Source: Eubacteriales bacterium (GTDB lineage Bacteria; Bacillota; Clostridia; Oscillospirales; CAG-272). Taken from it: a DNA stretch of 57,272 bases. The position numbers were made by a program, and so were the translations under genes. This document shows, in pieces, positions 48,938 through 57,272 of this stretch; position 1 is the stretch's first letter; the number at the start of each line of letters is the position of its first letter. Below the pieces are notes generated by a model. It was given only the letters and a program-made list of their open reading frames with translations. It was not told where the DNA came from and did no database searches. The DNA lies in contig JAZOSH010000025.1 of assembly GCA_045656985.1 (NCBI GenBank), positions 1-57,272 on the forward strand, in the 5' to 3' direction.

Positions 48938-50749
48938 TCAGATCTTTCTCATAAGCCAGACGCGCATCTCGCTCTCACCGCGGTTGGCGAAGGACTGATA
49001 GGGTATCATCTTGAGAGTAACAGGCTCATAATTGTCTGTCGCAAGGCTATATAGTTCGTCGGTCTCCTTTTGTCTTATGGCAGGCACCTCAAGAGAGGGA
49101 AGGGCAAACTCGCCCTTGACCACCTTGAATTTGGCAGATGCATCAAGCGCAATCGCGCCAAGCTCCTTGCCGTTATCAACAGCCTCGGCACAGTAAACAA
49201 CAGGCCCCCGCATAACGGCTATCTTGCCCACGCAGTCGTACACGCGACGGTTAGCAGATACCGTTACAACGGGCATATCAAGCACAAGATGGATATTCAC
49301 CTTGCCGTTTGCCTCAATATATGCATATCCGTTCTTCATTGTGTATTCGCAGTCAAGAGTGAAGCTTTTGCACCACGCGGGGATACGCAGGGCAATATGT
49401 TTCTTATCAGTCACGCCCTCAAGCGAGATACTGCCACTTGTGGGGTAATCTGTCCTTTGTGTAAGTTTTGTCTCCCCCTCACAAAGCTCTGAGGAGGCAT
49501 ACTGATTGACAAAGAGTGTGCTGTCATTCTGCGAATAGAGGTAGTCGCCAAGAGAGGAGATAAATCTCACAAGGTTGGGTGGACAGCACGAGCAATTAAA
49601 GACCTCAACGCGCTGTGTTATCGGATATTTCGGCTTCTCAACAGTTGAGTGATTTACATTGTTGAAGTCGGGGTATATCTCAAGAGGATTTACATAGAAG
49701 AAGGACCTGCCGTCTTCGGATATTCCCGAGAAGATGCCGTTATAAAGAACTCTCTCAACTGTGTCGGCATAACGGGCATCCTCAAAGAGCTTCTGCATAC
49801 GAACTGCAAAGAATGCCATGGCGATAGAGGCACAGGTCTCGGCATATGCCGTGCGGCTCGGCAAGTCGTAATCGGCAGTGAATGTCTCACCTATTCTTGT
49901 TGAGCCAACGCCGCCCGTAATATACATTCTCTTTGTGGTGATGTTTTCATAAAGGCGCAGACAGGCGTCACGGAGTGCCTTGTCGTCGTATTTCTCGGCA
50001 ATATCTGCCATTCCGCAAAGGAGGTAGAGACATCTTACCGCGTGACCGTCAGCTGTGTCTCGCTCGCGCAGGGGCTTGTCATCCATATTGTAGAACTCGG
50101 TAAAGCGCTCATGCAGAAATTCAGAGTGCACGCCGTGCTCGTCAATAAAATACTTTGAGAGCTCAAGGTATCGCTTCTCGCCCGTTGCCTCATAGAGCCT
50201 TACAAGTGCCAATTCAAGCTCGGGGTGACCTGGTGTTATGAATGCAGCCGATTTTTCTGTTTTAAATACCTTCTCAATATAGTCGGCATAGCGGCACATC
50301 GCACGAAGGAGAGCATCCTTGCCTGTGGCATTGCGGTAGGCAACTGCTGCCTCAATAAGGTGTCCTGCGCAATAGAGCTCGTGGCAGTCGCGTAGCTTAA
50401 AGCGCTCGTCCTGACGGGTGACAAGGAAATAACTGTTGAAATATCCGTGCTCATCGCAATTTTTTATGATGGTGTCTATCGTCTCGTCGGCTATGCGTTC
50501 AAGCTCGTCATTTTTCTCAAGGGTGAGCAGATACGCAACTCCCTCAAGCCATTTTGCCACATCGGAGTCCCAAAAATAGTGGGCATCATATTCGCCCTTT
50601 TCCTTCCAATCGCAGTTGAGGGCGTCAAAGCGGTGTGTTTCTACAAAGCGGTCATAAACTGCATATACCGTTGTGTTTTTCATCATATCCTGCTTCAGCT
50701 TCCAGAAGCCATCGGTTATTCTTACCTTTGAAAAGTCAATTTTTTTCAT
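48938..50749 (-). CDS. Glycoside hydrolase family 127 (beta-L-arabinofuranosidase-like)
   Basis: FWDSDVAKWLE, HELYCAGH, GHAVR, YAETCAS, CSCCPPN Zn/Cys motifs. Confidence 0.9.
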   Translation of the reverse strand: MKKIDFSKVRITDGFWKLKQDMMKNTTVYAVYDRFVETHRFDALNCDWKEKGEYDAHYFWDSDVAKWLEGVAYLLTLEKNDELERIADETIDTIIKNCDEHGYFNSYFLVTRQDERFKLRDCHELYCAGHLIEAAVAYRNATGKDALLRAMCRYADYIEKVFKTEKSAAFITPGHPELELALVRLYEATGEKRYLELSKYFIDEHGVHSEFLHERFTEFYNMDDKPLRERDTADGHAVRCLYLLCGMADIAEKYDDKALRDACLRLYENITTKRMYITGGVGSTRIGETFTADYDLPSRTAYAETCASIAMAFFAVRMQKLFEDARYADTVERVLYNGIFSGISEDGRSFFYVNPLEIYPDFNNVNHSTVEKPKYPITQRVEVFNCSCCPPNLVRFISSLGDYLYSQNDSTLFVNQYASSELCEGETKLTQRTDYPTSGSISLEGVTDKKHIALRIPAWCKSFTLDCEYTMKNGYAYIEANGKVNIHLVLDMPVVTVSANRRVYDCVGKIAVMRGPVVYCAEAVDNGKELGAIALDASAKFKVVKGEFALPSLEVPAIRQKETDELYSLATDNYEPVTLKMIPYQSFANRGESEMRVWLMRKI

Positions 50750-50963
50750 TTTTTTCTCCGTGAGCAATTTTTGCGCGAGAAAACTCGGCGGCTCTTGTTT
50801 TTATTGTATTGGAATAGGTGAGCTATGTCAAGAAATTTATTATACAAATATAGACAAAAGTTATGATTTTGTGCGTGAGGAAGTATGATTTTGGCGCTGA
50901 AAATAATTTTTAAAAGTTTTCAGAAGCCTTGTTTTTGGGACTTTCCCGTGATATAATTTAGCC

Positions 50964-51170
50964 ATAAATGACCTTTTGCGCCGAAAGGAAGAAATTATGG
51001 AAGCGAAGCTCAGCAAGAAAAACGGAATAAACCACCGAGCTTTTCAGTGGAATGAGCTACAAGACCAGAGGTGGCAAGGTGACGCTTCCCACAGGAGAGT
51101 GTCCTGCCCAGATGCTCATATTAAAAAAATAAAAAAATGGCTGTCTACCCCGTGCAGACAGCCGTTTTTT
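50964..51170 (+). ncRNA. Candidate stand-alone ncRNA, 6S RNA-like
   Basis: Own promoter (TTGTTT-17-TGnTATAAT at 50952) and terminator (51135-51170); rod-like fold with GGAAGCG/CGCTTCC and CCACC/GGTGG helices around an A-rich bubble; no ORF with an RBS. Confidence 0.5.
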
Positions 51171-51218
51171 GTCCTGAATTACTAAAATATACATTATATT
51201 ACATAAATTGCAAAATAA

Positions 51219-51250
51219 TTGTTGACAACTCAACAAAAGTGTGGTATTAT
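51219..51250 (+). promoter_or_regulatory. Sigma-A promoter with overlapping palindromic operator
   Basis: TTGACA (51222)-17-TATTAT; inverted repeat TTGTTGA-CAAC-TCAACAA at 51219-51236 covers the -35. Confidence 0.7.
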
Positions 51251-51319
51251 ATCTATGATATAATGGTGGGGAATGCGATTTTAACGATTTCTCATAAAAA
51301 AGAGTAAGGAGGGATCTTT

Positions 51320-51763
51320 TTGCAAGGAGACAGATTTGAGCTCTTCAATCAGATGATAATGAGCGCGTCAAAGACCATACAAAGGATCAAGGTTAAGCAT
51401 ATGGAGAAATACGGTCTTGCAAGTACGCACACTATCTGTCTGCGCCTCTTGTATGAGCATCCTGAAGGACTGACTAAAAAAGAGATATCAGACGATTGCG
51501 ATATGGACAAGGCGCAGGTCACTAGGATCGTGAATGAGCTTATCAAAAACAACTATGTAAGAGATGACTGCAGCGAACGCGCTTATAACCGCAAATTCTT
51601 TTTGACCGAAGAAGGGCATAAGATTACCGATGAGATAAATTCCATCGTACTGAAGGTCAATCGGTTTGTCAGCGGTGAGATATCCGGTGAGGAGATCTCG
51701 CAATTCTACAAAACATTTGAAACAATAAATCACAAGCTTCGTGAAGCAGAAGAAATTTTTTAA
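51320..51763 (+). CDS. MarR-family transcriptional regulator
   Basis: TTG start after GGAGG; winged helix MDKAQVTRIVNELIK..YV......R..FLTEEG. Confidence 0.9.
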   Translation: MQGDRFELFNQMIMSASKTIQRIKVKHMEKYGLASTHTICLRLLYEHPEGLTKKEISDDCDMDKAQVTRIVNELIKNNYVRDDCSERAYNRKFFLTEEGHKITDEINSIVLKVNRFVSGEISGEEISQFYKTFETINHKLREAEEIF

Positions 51764-51775
51764 GGAGAGTTAGTT

Positions 51776-53539
51776 ATGAGTAACGAAAATAAGATCAATA
51801 ATAAGCCTGAGAAGATAAAGATACACCGCAAGCCCAAGACAGAGAGAAAGTGTGAGAAGGTAACCGATGTTGTTGACTATTGCGCAGTGCTTGCAAAGCA
51901 CGGCGACAGAATAGCGCTCTCATATTTTGATAAGCAGAGAAATCTTTGCGACATGACATACACAGAGCTTACCGACACCGCAAAGAAGGTTGCGGCAGGA
52001 CTTGATGCAGTAGGTCTTGCAGGAAAGAAGGTGGCCGTTATCGGTGAGACATCTTATATGTGGATCACCTCATATATCGGTATTCTCGCATCCGACAGCA
52101 TCGTAATTCCTATGGATAAGGAGCTTGATACAAGCGTTATTGAGGAGTTCCTCGCTTGGGTAGATGCAGATGCAATAATCTATTCTGAGAAGTTCAACGC
52201 GGCATTTGAGGCAACAAAGGGTAGCCACAAGTCGCTTAAATACTATATCCCCATGGCTCCCGCAGAGGATACAAACAAAAAGGTAAAGGGTGTAACCACA
52301 CTTTCTTATGCAGAGCTTCTTGAAAAGGGTGCGGCAGCTGTTGAGGCAGGCTATAAGTATCCCAGAGTTACAAACAGAGAGAAGCTTGCGGAGATGCTCT
52401 TTACTTCGGGAACAACAGGCACAAGCAAGTCGGTAATGCTTAGCCAGAAGAATATCTTTTCGGTAGTTACTGCAGCATGTCAGACTGTTGACTTTAACCC
52501 TGATGATACCATCGTTTCGGTTCTTCCTATCCACCATACCTATGAGCTTGCTTGCATGCTCAGCGGATTCGTATACGGTATGCATGTCTGCATTAATGAT
52601 TCGCTCACACATCTTCTCAAGAACTTCCAGATATTTAAGCCCACAGGACTTGTTCTTGTTCCTCTCTTTGTTTACACCATGTATAAGAGAATTTGGGCAG
52701 AGGCAAAGAAGACAGGCAGAGACAAGATGCTCAAGGCAGGTCTTATGGCAACCAAGGCGCTCTCAACTGTCGGTATTGATAAGAGACGCCAGATACTTGC
52801 AGAGGTACATAATACCTTCGGTGGCAGACTTGAGAAGATAATCTGCGGCGGCGCGGCGCTCAACCCCAAGATGATAGAGTTCTTTGAGGCACTTGGAATT
52901 TCAATTTATGAGGGCTTTGGTATCACAGAGTGTGCTCCTCTGACCTGCGTAACACCCTACTATGCAAGAAAGTATGGCTCGGTAGGCCCCGCAGTTCCTT
53001 GCTGTCAGGTAAGAATTGAGGGTGAGGTTATGAATGACCGCGGTTATCTTGAGGGTGAGATTGAGGTCAAGGGCGACAATGTAATGCTTGGCTACTTTGA
53101 TAACGAAGAGGCCAACGCGGCGGCATTTACCGATGACGGTTGGTTCCGCACAGGTGATATGGGCTTCATGGATAAGGACGGCTATGTGTTTATTACAGGA
53201 CGCCTTAAGACAGTTATCGTTCTTGAGAACGGAAAGAATGTTTTTCCCGAGGAGATAGAGGAATATCTCTCCGATATTGAGATAATCGCAGAGAGCGTTG
53301 TTGTAGGTCGCGCGGCAAGCACAACAGACAATGTAGTTCTCACTGCTATCTGCTATCCCGACTACACAAAGTTTGAGGAGGGAACAAGTGAGGAGGATAT
53401 CCTTGCGGCAATAGAGGCAGAGATAAATGCTATGAACAAGAAGCTCCCGAGCTACAAGCATGTAATGAAGGTTGAGCTTCGCACAACAGAGTTTGAAAAG
53501 ACAACATCAAGAAAAATAAAGAGACATCTCGTTAAGTAA
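51776..53539 (+). CDS. Long-chain fatty acid--CoA ligase (AMP-binding family)
   Basis: FTSGTTG, LPIHHTYE, GGAAL, EGFGITE, GWFRTGD, GKNVFPEEIE. Confidence 0.9.
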   Translation: MSNENKINNKPEKIKIHRKPKTERKCEKVTDVVDYCAVLAKHGDRIALSYFDKQRNLCDMTYTELTDTAKKVAAGLDAVGLAGKKVAVIGETSYMWITSYIGILASDSIVIPMDKELDTSVIEEFLAWVDADAIIYSEKFNAAFEATKGSHKSLKYYIPMAPAEDTNKKVKGVTTLSYAELLEKGAAAVEAGYKYPRVTNREKLAEMLFTSGTTGTSKSVMLSQKNIFSVVTAACQTVDFNPDDTIVSVLPIHHTYELACMLSGFVYGMHVCINDSLTHLLKNFQIFKPTGLVLVPLFVYTMYKRIWAEAKKTGRDKMLKAGLMATKALSTVGIDKRRQILAEVHNTFGGRLEKIICGGAALNPKMIEFFEALGISIYEGFGITECAPLTCVTPYYARKYGSVGPAVPCCQVRIEGEVMNDRGYLEGEIEVKGDNVMLGYFDNEEANAAAFTDDGWFRTGDMGFMDKDGYVFITGRLKTVIVLENGKNVFPEEIEEYLSDIEIIAESVVVGRAASTTDNVVLTAICYPDYTKFEEGTSEEDILAAIEAEINAMNKKLPSYKHVMKVELRTTEFEKTTSRKIKRHLVK

Positions 53540-53553
53540 TTTTACTTTATCTA

Positions 53554-53582
53554 TTGACAAAAATACTGTTGTTGTGTATAAT
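53554..53582 (+). promoter_or_regulatory. Sigma-A promoter of degV-DAK2
   Basis: TTGACA-17-TG-TATAAT. Confidence 0.85.
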
Positions 53583-53662
53583 AGTATCCGATACTACATC
53601 GTCCAATTTTGGAAACAGCCAATATTAAACTGTTCAAAATTAGACGATTGAAAGGAAAATAA

Positions 53663-54526
53663 ATGAATAATTACATTATTATGACGGATTCGTCGTGTGA
53701 CCTTCCCGCGGAGCTTATCAAAGAGCTTGGACTTCACATGATAACACTTGATCTTCTGATAGATGGGGACGAATCAATAAAGAATGACGGGATAGATGTG
53801 AAGGAGTTTTACGACGCACTTCGCTCAGGTAAGACAGCAACGACCTCGGCAGTTTGCATTGACCGCTTCACAGAAGAGATGGAGCCTATTCTCAAGGAGG
53901 GAAAAGACATTCTTTACCTTGGTTTCTCATCGGGGCTCAGCGGAACATATAATGCAGGCTTTGTGGCTGCAAGAGAGCTTTTGGAGAAATATCCCGAGAG
54001 AAAGATATACACCGTTGACACACTTGCAGCGTCTATGGGAGAGGGACTTCTCGTATGGTATGCGGCAAAGCTGAGAGACGAGGGAAAAGATATTGATGCT
54101 GTCCGTGATTTCGTTGAGGAAAACAAGCTCAAGCTTGCGCATTGGTTTACGGTAAATGACCTTTTCTTCCTCAAGAGAGGCGGCAGAGTAAGCGCGGCAA
54201 CAGCCGTTGTCGGAACGATGCTCAGCATCAAGCCTGTTATGCATGTTGATGATGAGGGAAAGCTCATCAAGGTGACCACAGCAAGAGGCCGAAAGGCATC
54301 TATAGATGCACTGTTTAATAAGACACGCGAAACTGCAATAGAGCCCGCAAAGCAGACAATGTTCATCAGCCACGGTGACTGCACCGAGGATGCTGAGTAT
54401 CTTGCAAATAAGCTCAAGAGTGAGCTTGGCGTACCTGAGGTGATTATTTCCTATGTTGGCCCTGTTATTGGAGCTCATTCGGGCCCCGGAACACTTGCAG
54501 TATTCTTCCTTGGAACACAGAGATAA
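53663..54526 (+). CDS. DegV-family fatty-acid-binding protein (FakB-like)
   Basis: TDSSCDLP, TTS, FSSGLSGTY, VDT..ASMG, L..GGR, GPVIGAHSGPG. Confidence 0.93.
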   Translation: MNNYIIMTDSSCDLPAELIKELGLHMITLDLLIDGDESIKNDGIDVKEFYDALRSGKTATTSAVCIDRFTEEMEPILKEGKDILYLGFSSGLSGTYNAGFVAARELLEKYPERKIYTVDTLAASMGEGLLVWYAAKLRDEGKDIDAVRDFVEENKLKLAHWFTVNDLFFLKRGGRVSAATAVVGTMLSIKPVMHVDDEGKLIKVTTARGRKASIDALFNKTRETAIEPAKQTMFISHGDCTEDAEYLANKLKSELGVPEVIISYVGPVIGAHSGPGTLAVFFLGTQR

Positions 54527-54544
54527 AAGAACGGAGAAAATTCA

Positions 54545-56194
54545 ATGGTTGTAGACGGACATACCTTTGCCGGAATGTTGATATCGGCGGCAAATGCACT
54601 TGACAACAATAAGACGGCAATCAACAACATGAATGTTTTTCCCGTGCCGGATGGAGATACGGGAATAAATATGACGCTCACGATGAGCACAGTACGAGCA
54701 CTTAAAGATTTTGACGGTACCATTTCAGACTGTGCCGACCGTATGGCGAAGATGATACTCCGTGCGGCACGAGGCAATTCGGGAGCAATACTCTCGCTCT
54801 TTTTCAGAGGAATGTCAAAATCCTTAAAGGGACTTGAAATAGCAGATTCCATCGACTTTGCAAACGCATTCAAACGCGGAACAGAGGAGGCATATAAGGC
54901 GGTAATGAAACCCACAGAGGGAACTATCCTTACCGTTATGAGAATGTGCTCCGAGCAGATAGCAACCGTTGCCGAGACAAAGTATCGCGGCGATGTTGTG
55001 GGACTTTTCACATACATTCTTAAGCTCGCAAAGGACGCGCTTGAAAAGACTCCCGATATGCTTCCTATTCTCAAGGAGGTTCATGTGGTTGACGCAGGCG
55101 GTTACGGATTTGTAACTGTCATATCGGGAATGCTTGATGCCCTCAATAATAAGCCGGTTGAGGCACTTGAGAGCACCACAACCGTTGCAGAAGCTCCGAG
55201 CGAGGCGAATTTTGAGAACTTCTCGGATGAGGATATCAAGTTTGCATACTGCACCGAGTGCATCATTGATAAGGATGAGGCACATATCGGTGAGGAAAAG
55301 TCGGGCGAGCTTAATGAGTATATCTCGTCTCTCGGCGATAGCGTAGTTTTTGCCGAGGATGACACAATGATAAAGCTCCATGTTCATACAAACAACCCCG
55401 GACTCGTTATGGAGAAGGCGCTTCAGTTTGGTTCTCTTGCCACTATTAAGGTGGAGAATATGAAGCTTCAGCATTCCGAGAAGGTGGTTTCGGGCACAAA
55501 GAATGAGCAGAAGATAATCAAGATAAAGAAGCCCACCAAGCAGTACGGATTTGTATCTGTCTGCATGGGCGGCGGTATCAGTGATACCTTCCGTGACCTT
55601 GGCGCGGATTACATCATTTATGGCGGTCAGACGATGAACCCCTCAACACAGGACATCATTGACGGCGTAAATATGACTCCAGCAGAGTGCGTTTTCGTGC
55701 TTCCCAATAATAAGAATATCTACCTTGTAGCGCTTCAGGCTGCAAAGCTTGTTAAGGATAAGAAGGTAGTGGTACTTAATACCGCAAGCGTTCCGCAGGG
55801 TATAGCTGCTATGCTCGTCTTTGACGAGAGCGCATCTGCCGAGGATAATGAGGCCGCAATGCAGGAGGCTGCAGGTGCAGTAACATCTATCTCAACTACT
55901 TATGCGGTAAGAGACACACAGATAGACGGAATCAAGATAAAAGAGGGACAGATACTCGGACTTGTTAACGGAAAGATAGCAAGCGTTGCAAACAGCAGCG
56001 AGGCGGTCATAAGAAGCCTTGCCGACAAGATGAGCGATGCGTCATTTATCACCGTATTCTACGGAGAGGGAGTTAGTGACGAGGCGGCAGAGGGCGTGCT
56101 TGAGATAATCAAGTCAAGCGTTCCGTCCGATGCCGAGGTAACAATGCTCTCGGGTGGTCAGCCTATTTATGATTATATAATTTCGGTTGAATAA
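54545..56194 (+). CDS. DAK2-domain fatty acid kinase subunit (FakA/YloV-like)
   Basis: NVFPVPDGDTGINM, ARGNSG.ILS, KPTEGTILTV, VVDAGG, GGQTMNPS, GGQPIY. Confidence 0.93.
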   Translation: MVVDGHTFAGMLISAANALDNNKTAINNMNVFPVPDGDTGINMTLTMSTVRALKDFDGTISDCADRMAKMILRAARGNSGAILSLFFRGMSKSLKGLEIADSIDFANAFKRGTEEAYKAVMKPTEGTILTVMRMCSEQIATVAETKYRGDVVGLFTYILKLAKDALEKTPDMLPILKEVHVVDAGGYGFVTVISGMLDALNNKPVEALESTTTVAEAPSEANFENFSDEDIKFAYCTECIIDKDEAHIGEEKSGELNEYISSLGDSVVFAEDDTMIKLHVHTNNPGLVMEKALQFGSLATIKVENMKLQHSEKVVSGTKNEQKIIKIKKPTKQYGFVSVCMGGGISDTFRDLGADYIIYGGQTMNPSTQDIIDGVNMTPAECVFVLPNNKNIYLVALQAAKLVKDKKVVVLNTASVPQGIAAMLVFDESASAEDNEAAMQEAAGAVTSISTTYAVRDTQIDGIKIKEGQILGLVNGKIASVANSSEAVIRSLADKMSDASFITVFYGEGVSDEAAEGVLEIIKSSVPSDAEVTMLSGGQPIYDYIISVE

Positions 56195-56308
56195 GCAAAA
56201 AGGGAGCAAAAAGCTCCCTTTTTGAGTTTCTGACACAAAACGCTTGATTTTGCAAAAGTTTTGTGTTAGAATATATGGGCAACGGCAAAAATCGGTGAGA
56301 GGAGGGGT

Positions 56309-56788
56309 ATGATGGCAGACAAAAAGGCTGCAAGCCGCGTTATAGCGCAGAATAAAAAGGCTTGGCACGATTATTTCGTTGATGAAAAATACGAGGCGGG
56401 AATTGCACTCTTTGGCACCGAGGTCAAGAGTGTGCGCGCGGGTGCCGTCAATCTCAAGGACTCTTACTGTGAGGTCAAGGGCGGCGAGATATTCGTGGTA
56501 GGTATGCATATAAGCCCCTACGAGAAGGGAAACATATTTAACAGAGAGCCAAGACGCGACCGCAAGCTCCTTATGCATAAGCGAGAGATAATGAAGCTTG
56601 GCGGACTTGTGTCGCAAAAGGGATTTACCCTTGTTCCGCTTTCAATGTATTTTTCGGGAAAGAATGTCAAGGTGGAAATTGGCCTTTGCCGAGGAAAGAA
56701 GCTTTATGATAAGCGCGACAGCCTTGCCGAGAAGCAGGCTGGCAGGGAAATGGACAGAAGAATGAAGGAGCAATCGAGATACGATTGA
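56309..56788 (+). CDS. smpB: SsrA-binding protein
   Basis: NKKAWHDYF...[28 protein letters not shown]. Confidence 0.98.
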   Translation: MMADKKAASRVIAQNKKAWHDYFVDEKYEAGIALFGTEVKSVRAGAVNLKDSYCEVKGGEIFVVGMHISPYEKGNIFNREPRRDRKLLMHKREIMKLGGLVSQKGFTLVPLSMYFSGKNVKVEIGLCRGKKLYDKRDSLAEKQAGREMDRRMKEQSRYD

Positions 56789-56802
56789 TTCCCATTTAAT
56801 AT

Positions 56803-57171
56803 GGGCCCGTAAAGGTTTCGACGGGGATTTTGAGGTATGATAAGCGAGTAGAGCCGGATAATCTCTTAAAACTGTCTAACTTTAAAATTAAACGCTAACA
56901 ATAACGTAGCAATGGCTGCCTAAGGGCAGTGCCGCGGCTTATTAGCCGCCCGTTCATCCCTGGAGTATCGCGGCCAGGCCTCGAGCGTCAAGTAAGCGGT
57001 GAACGTGCGGTCGTCTTTCGCCATTGAACGAGCCACGCATAAAATGGCTACCCAAAGAAGAAGCCTGTCTGTCGGCGGCTTCCGCGGGGAATTTTAAACG
57101 ATAGACTGCACTCGGAGAAGGTTATATCAAGAGGTTTTCGGACACGGGTTCGACTCCCGTCGGGTCCACCA
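56803..57171 (+). ncRNA. ssrA: tmRNA; tag reading frame ANNNVAMAA* at 56894-56923
   Basis: Acceptor GGGCCCG/CGGGTCC-A-CCA with the G3-U Ala determinant, GGTTTCGAC 5' motif, T-arm GGTTCGACTCC; directly after smpB. Confidence 0.95.
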
Positions 57172-57219
57172 AAGATAAAGGGGATGGCATTTGCCATCCC
57201 CTTTATCTTTGGTGGACCC
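57162..57219. repeat. Perfect 27-bp inverted repeat overlapping the tmRNA 3' end
   Basis: gggtccaccaaagataaaggggatggc-attt-gccatcccctttatctttggtggaccc. Confidence 0.9.
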
Positions 57220-57272
57220 CGGTGGACAGAGGCCCTCGGGACCCCCTAAGACCAAGGGAATTTTGGTTTTTT

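Noticed and set aside
50968-51119. Glycine, SAM or T-box riboswitch, or SRP RNA
   Set aside because: Only fragments (CGCCGAA, GGAGAG) resemble these families and not in the required order; no T-box GGTGGNACCGCG; the downstream gene has its own promoter.

Overview
This is a chromosomal window from a Clostridia-class Firmicute, probably a spore-former (spoIIE present); the taxonomy is inferred from gene content only. It spans the replication origin: dnaA-oriC-dnaN-recF-remB-gyrB-gyrA on the minus strand. Left of the origin are rpmG-secE-nusG-rplK-rplA, a galactokinase-like gene with yycJ-like and rlmH genes, a Zn/Mn ABC transporter and ymdB-mrnC-cyclophilin. Right of it are tRNA-Arg(CCG), spoIIE, an operon of four exported neutral-ceramidase-family paralogs, a cation:proton antiporter, a GldAFG-like ABC exporter with a DUF4340-like protein, and a radical SAM/folC-like/methyltransferase/plsY run. 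These are followed by a yhaO-yhaN-like nuclease-ATPase pair, a GH127 glycosidase, a 6S-like ncRNA candidate, a MarR/acyl-CoA ligase/DegV/DAK2 fatty-acid cluster and smpB-ssrA. I found no CRISPR array, prophage, integrase, transposase or reverse transcriptase. Four observations stand out. (1) DnaA has lost the conserved RDHTTVxH DNA-recognition signature, and oriC plus a second cluster before gyrA are dominated by variant TTTTC(C/A)ATA boxes. (2) A 740-bp AT-rich non-autonomous cassette is inserted into a terminator hairpin; it has att-like ends and carries a promoter, a ~205-nt long-hairpin RNA and a 66-aa Cys-rich ORF. (3) The four ceramidase-like genes form a tandem exported operon. (4) Most genes around oriC, including rplK-rplA, are oriented head-on to replication. 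All family assignments come from motif recognition by eye; no database searches were run.
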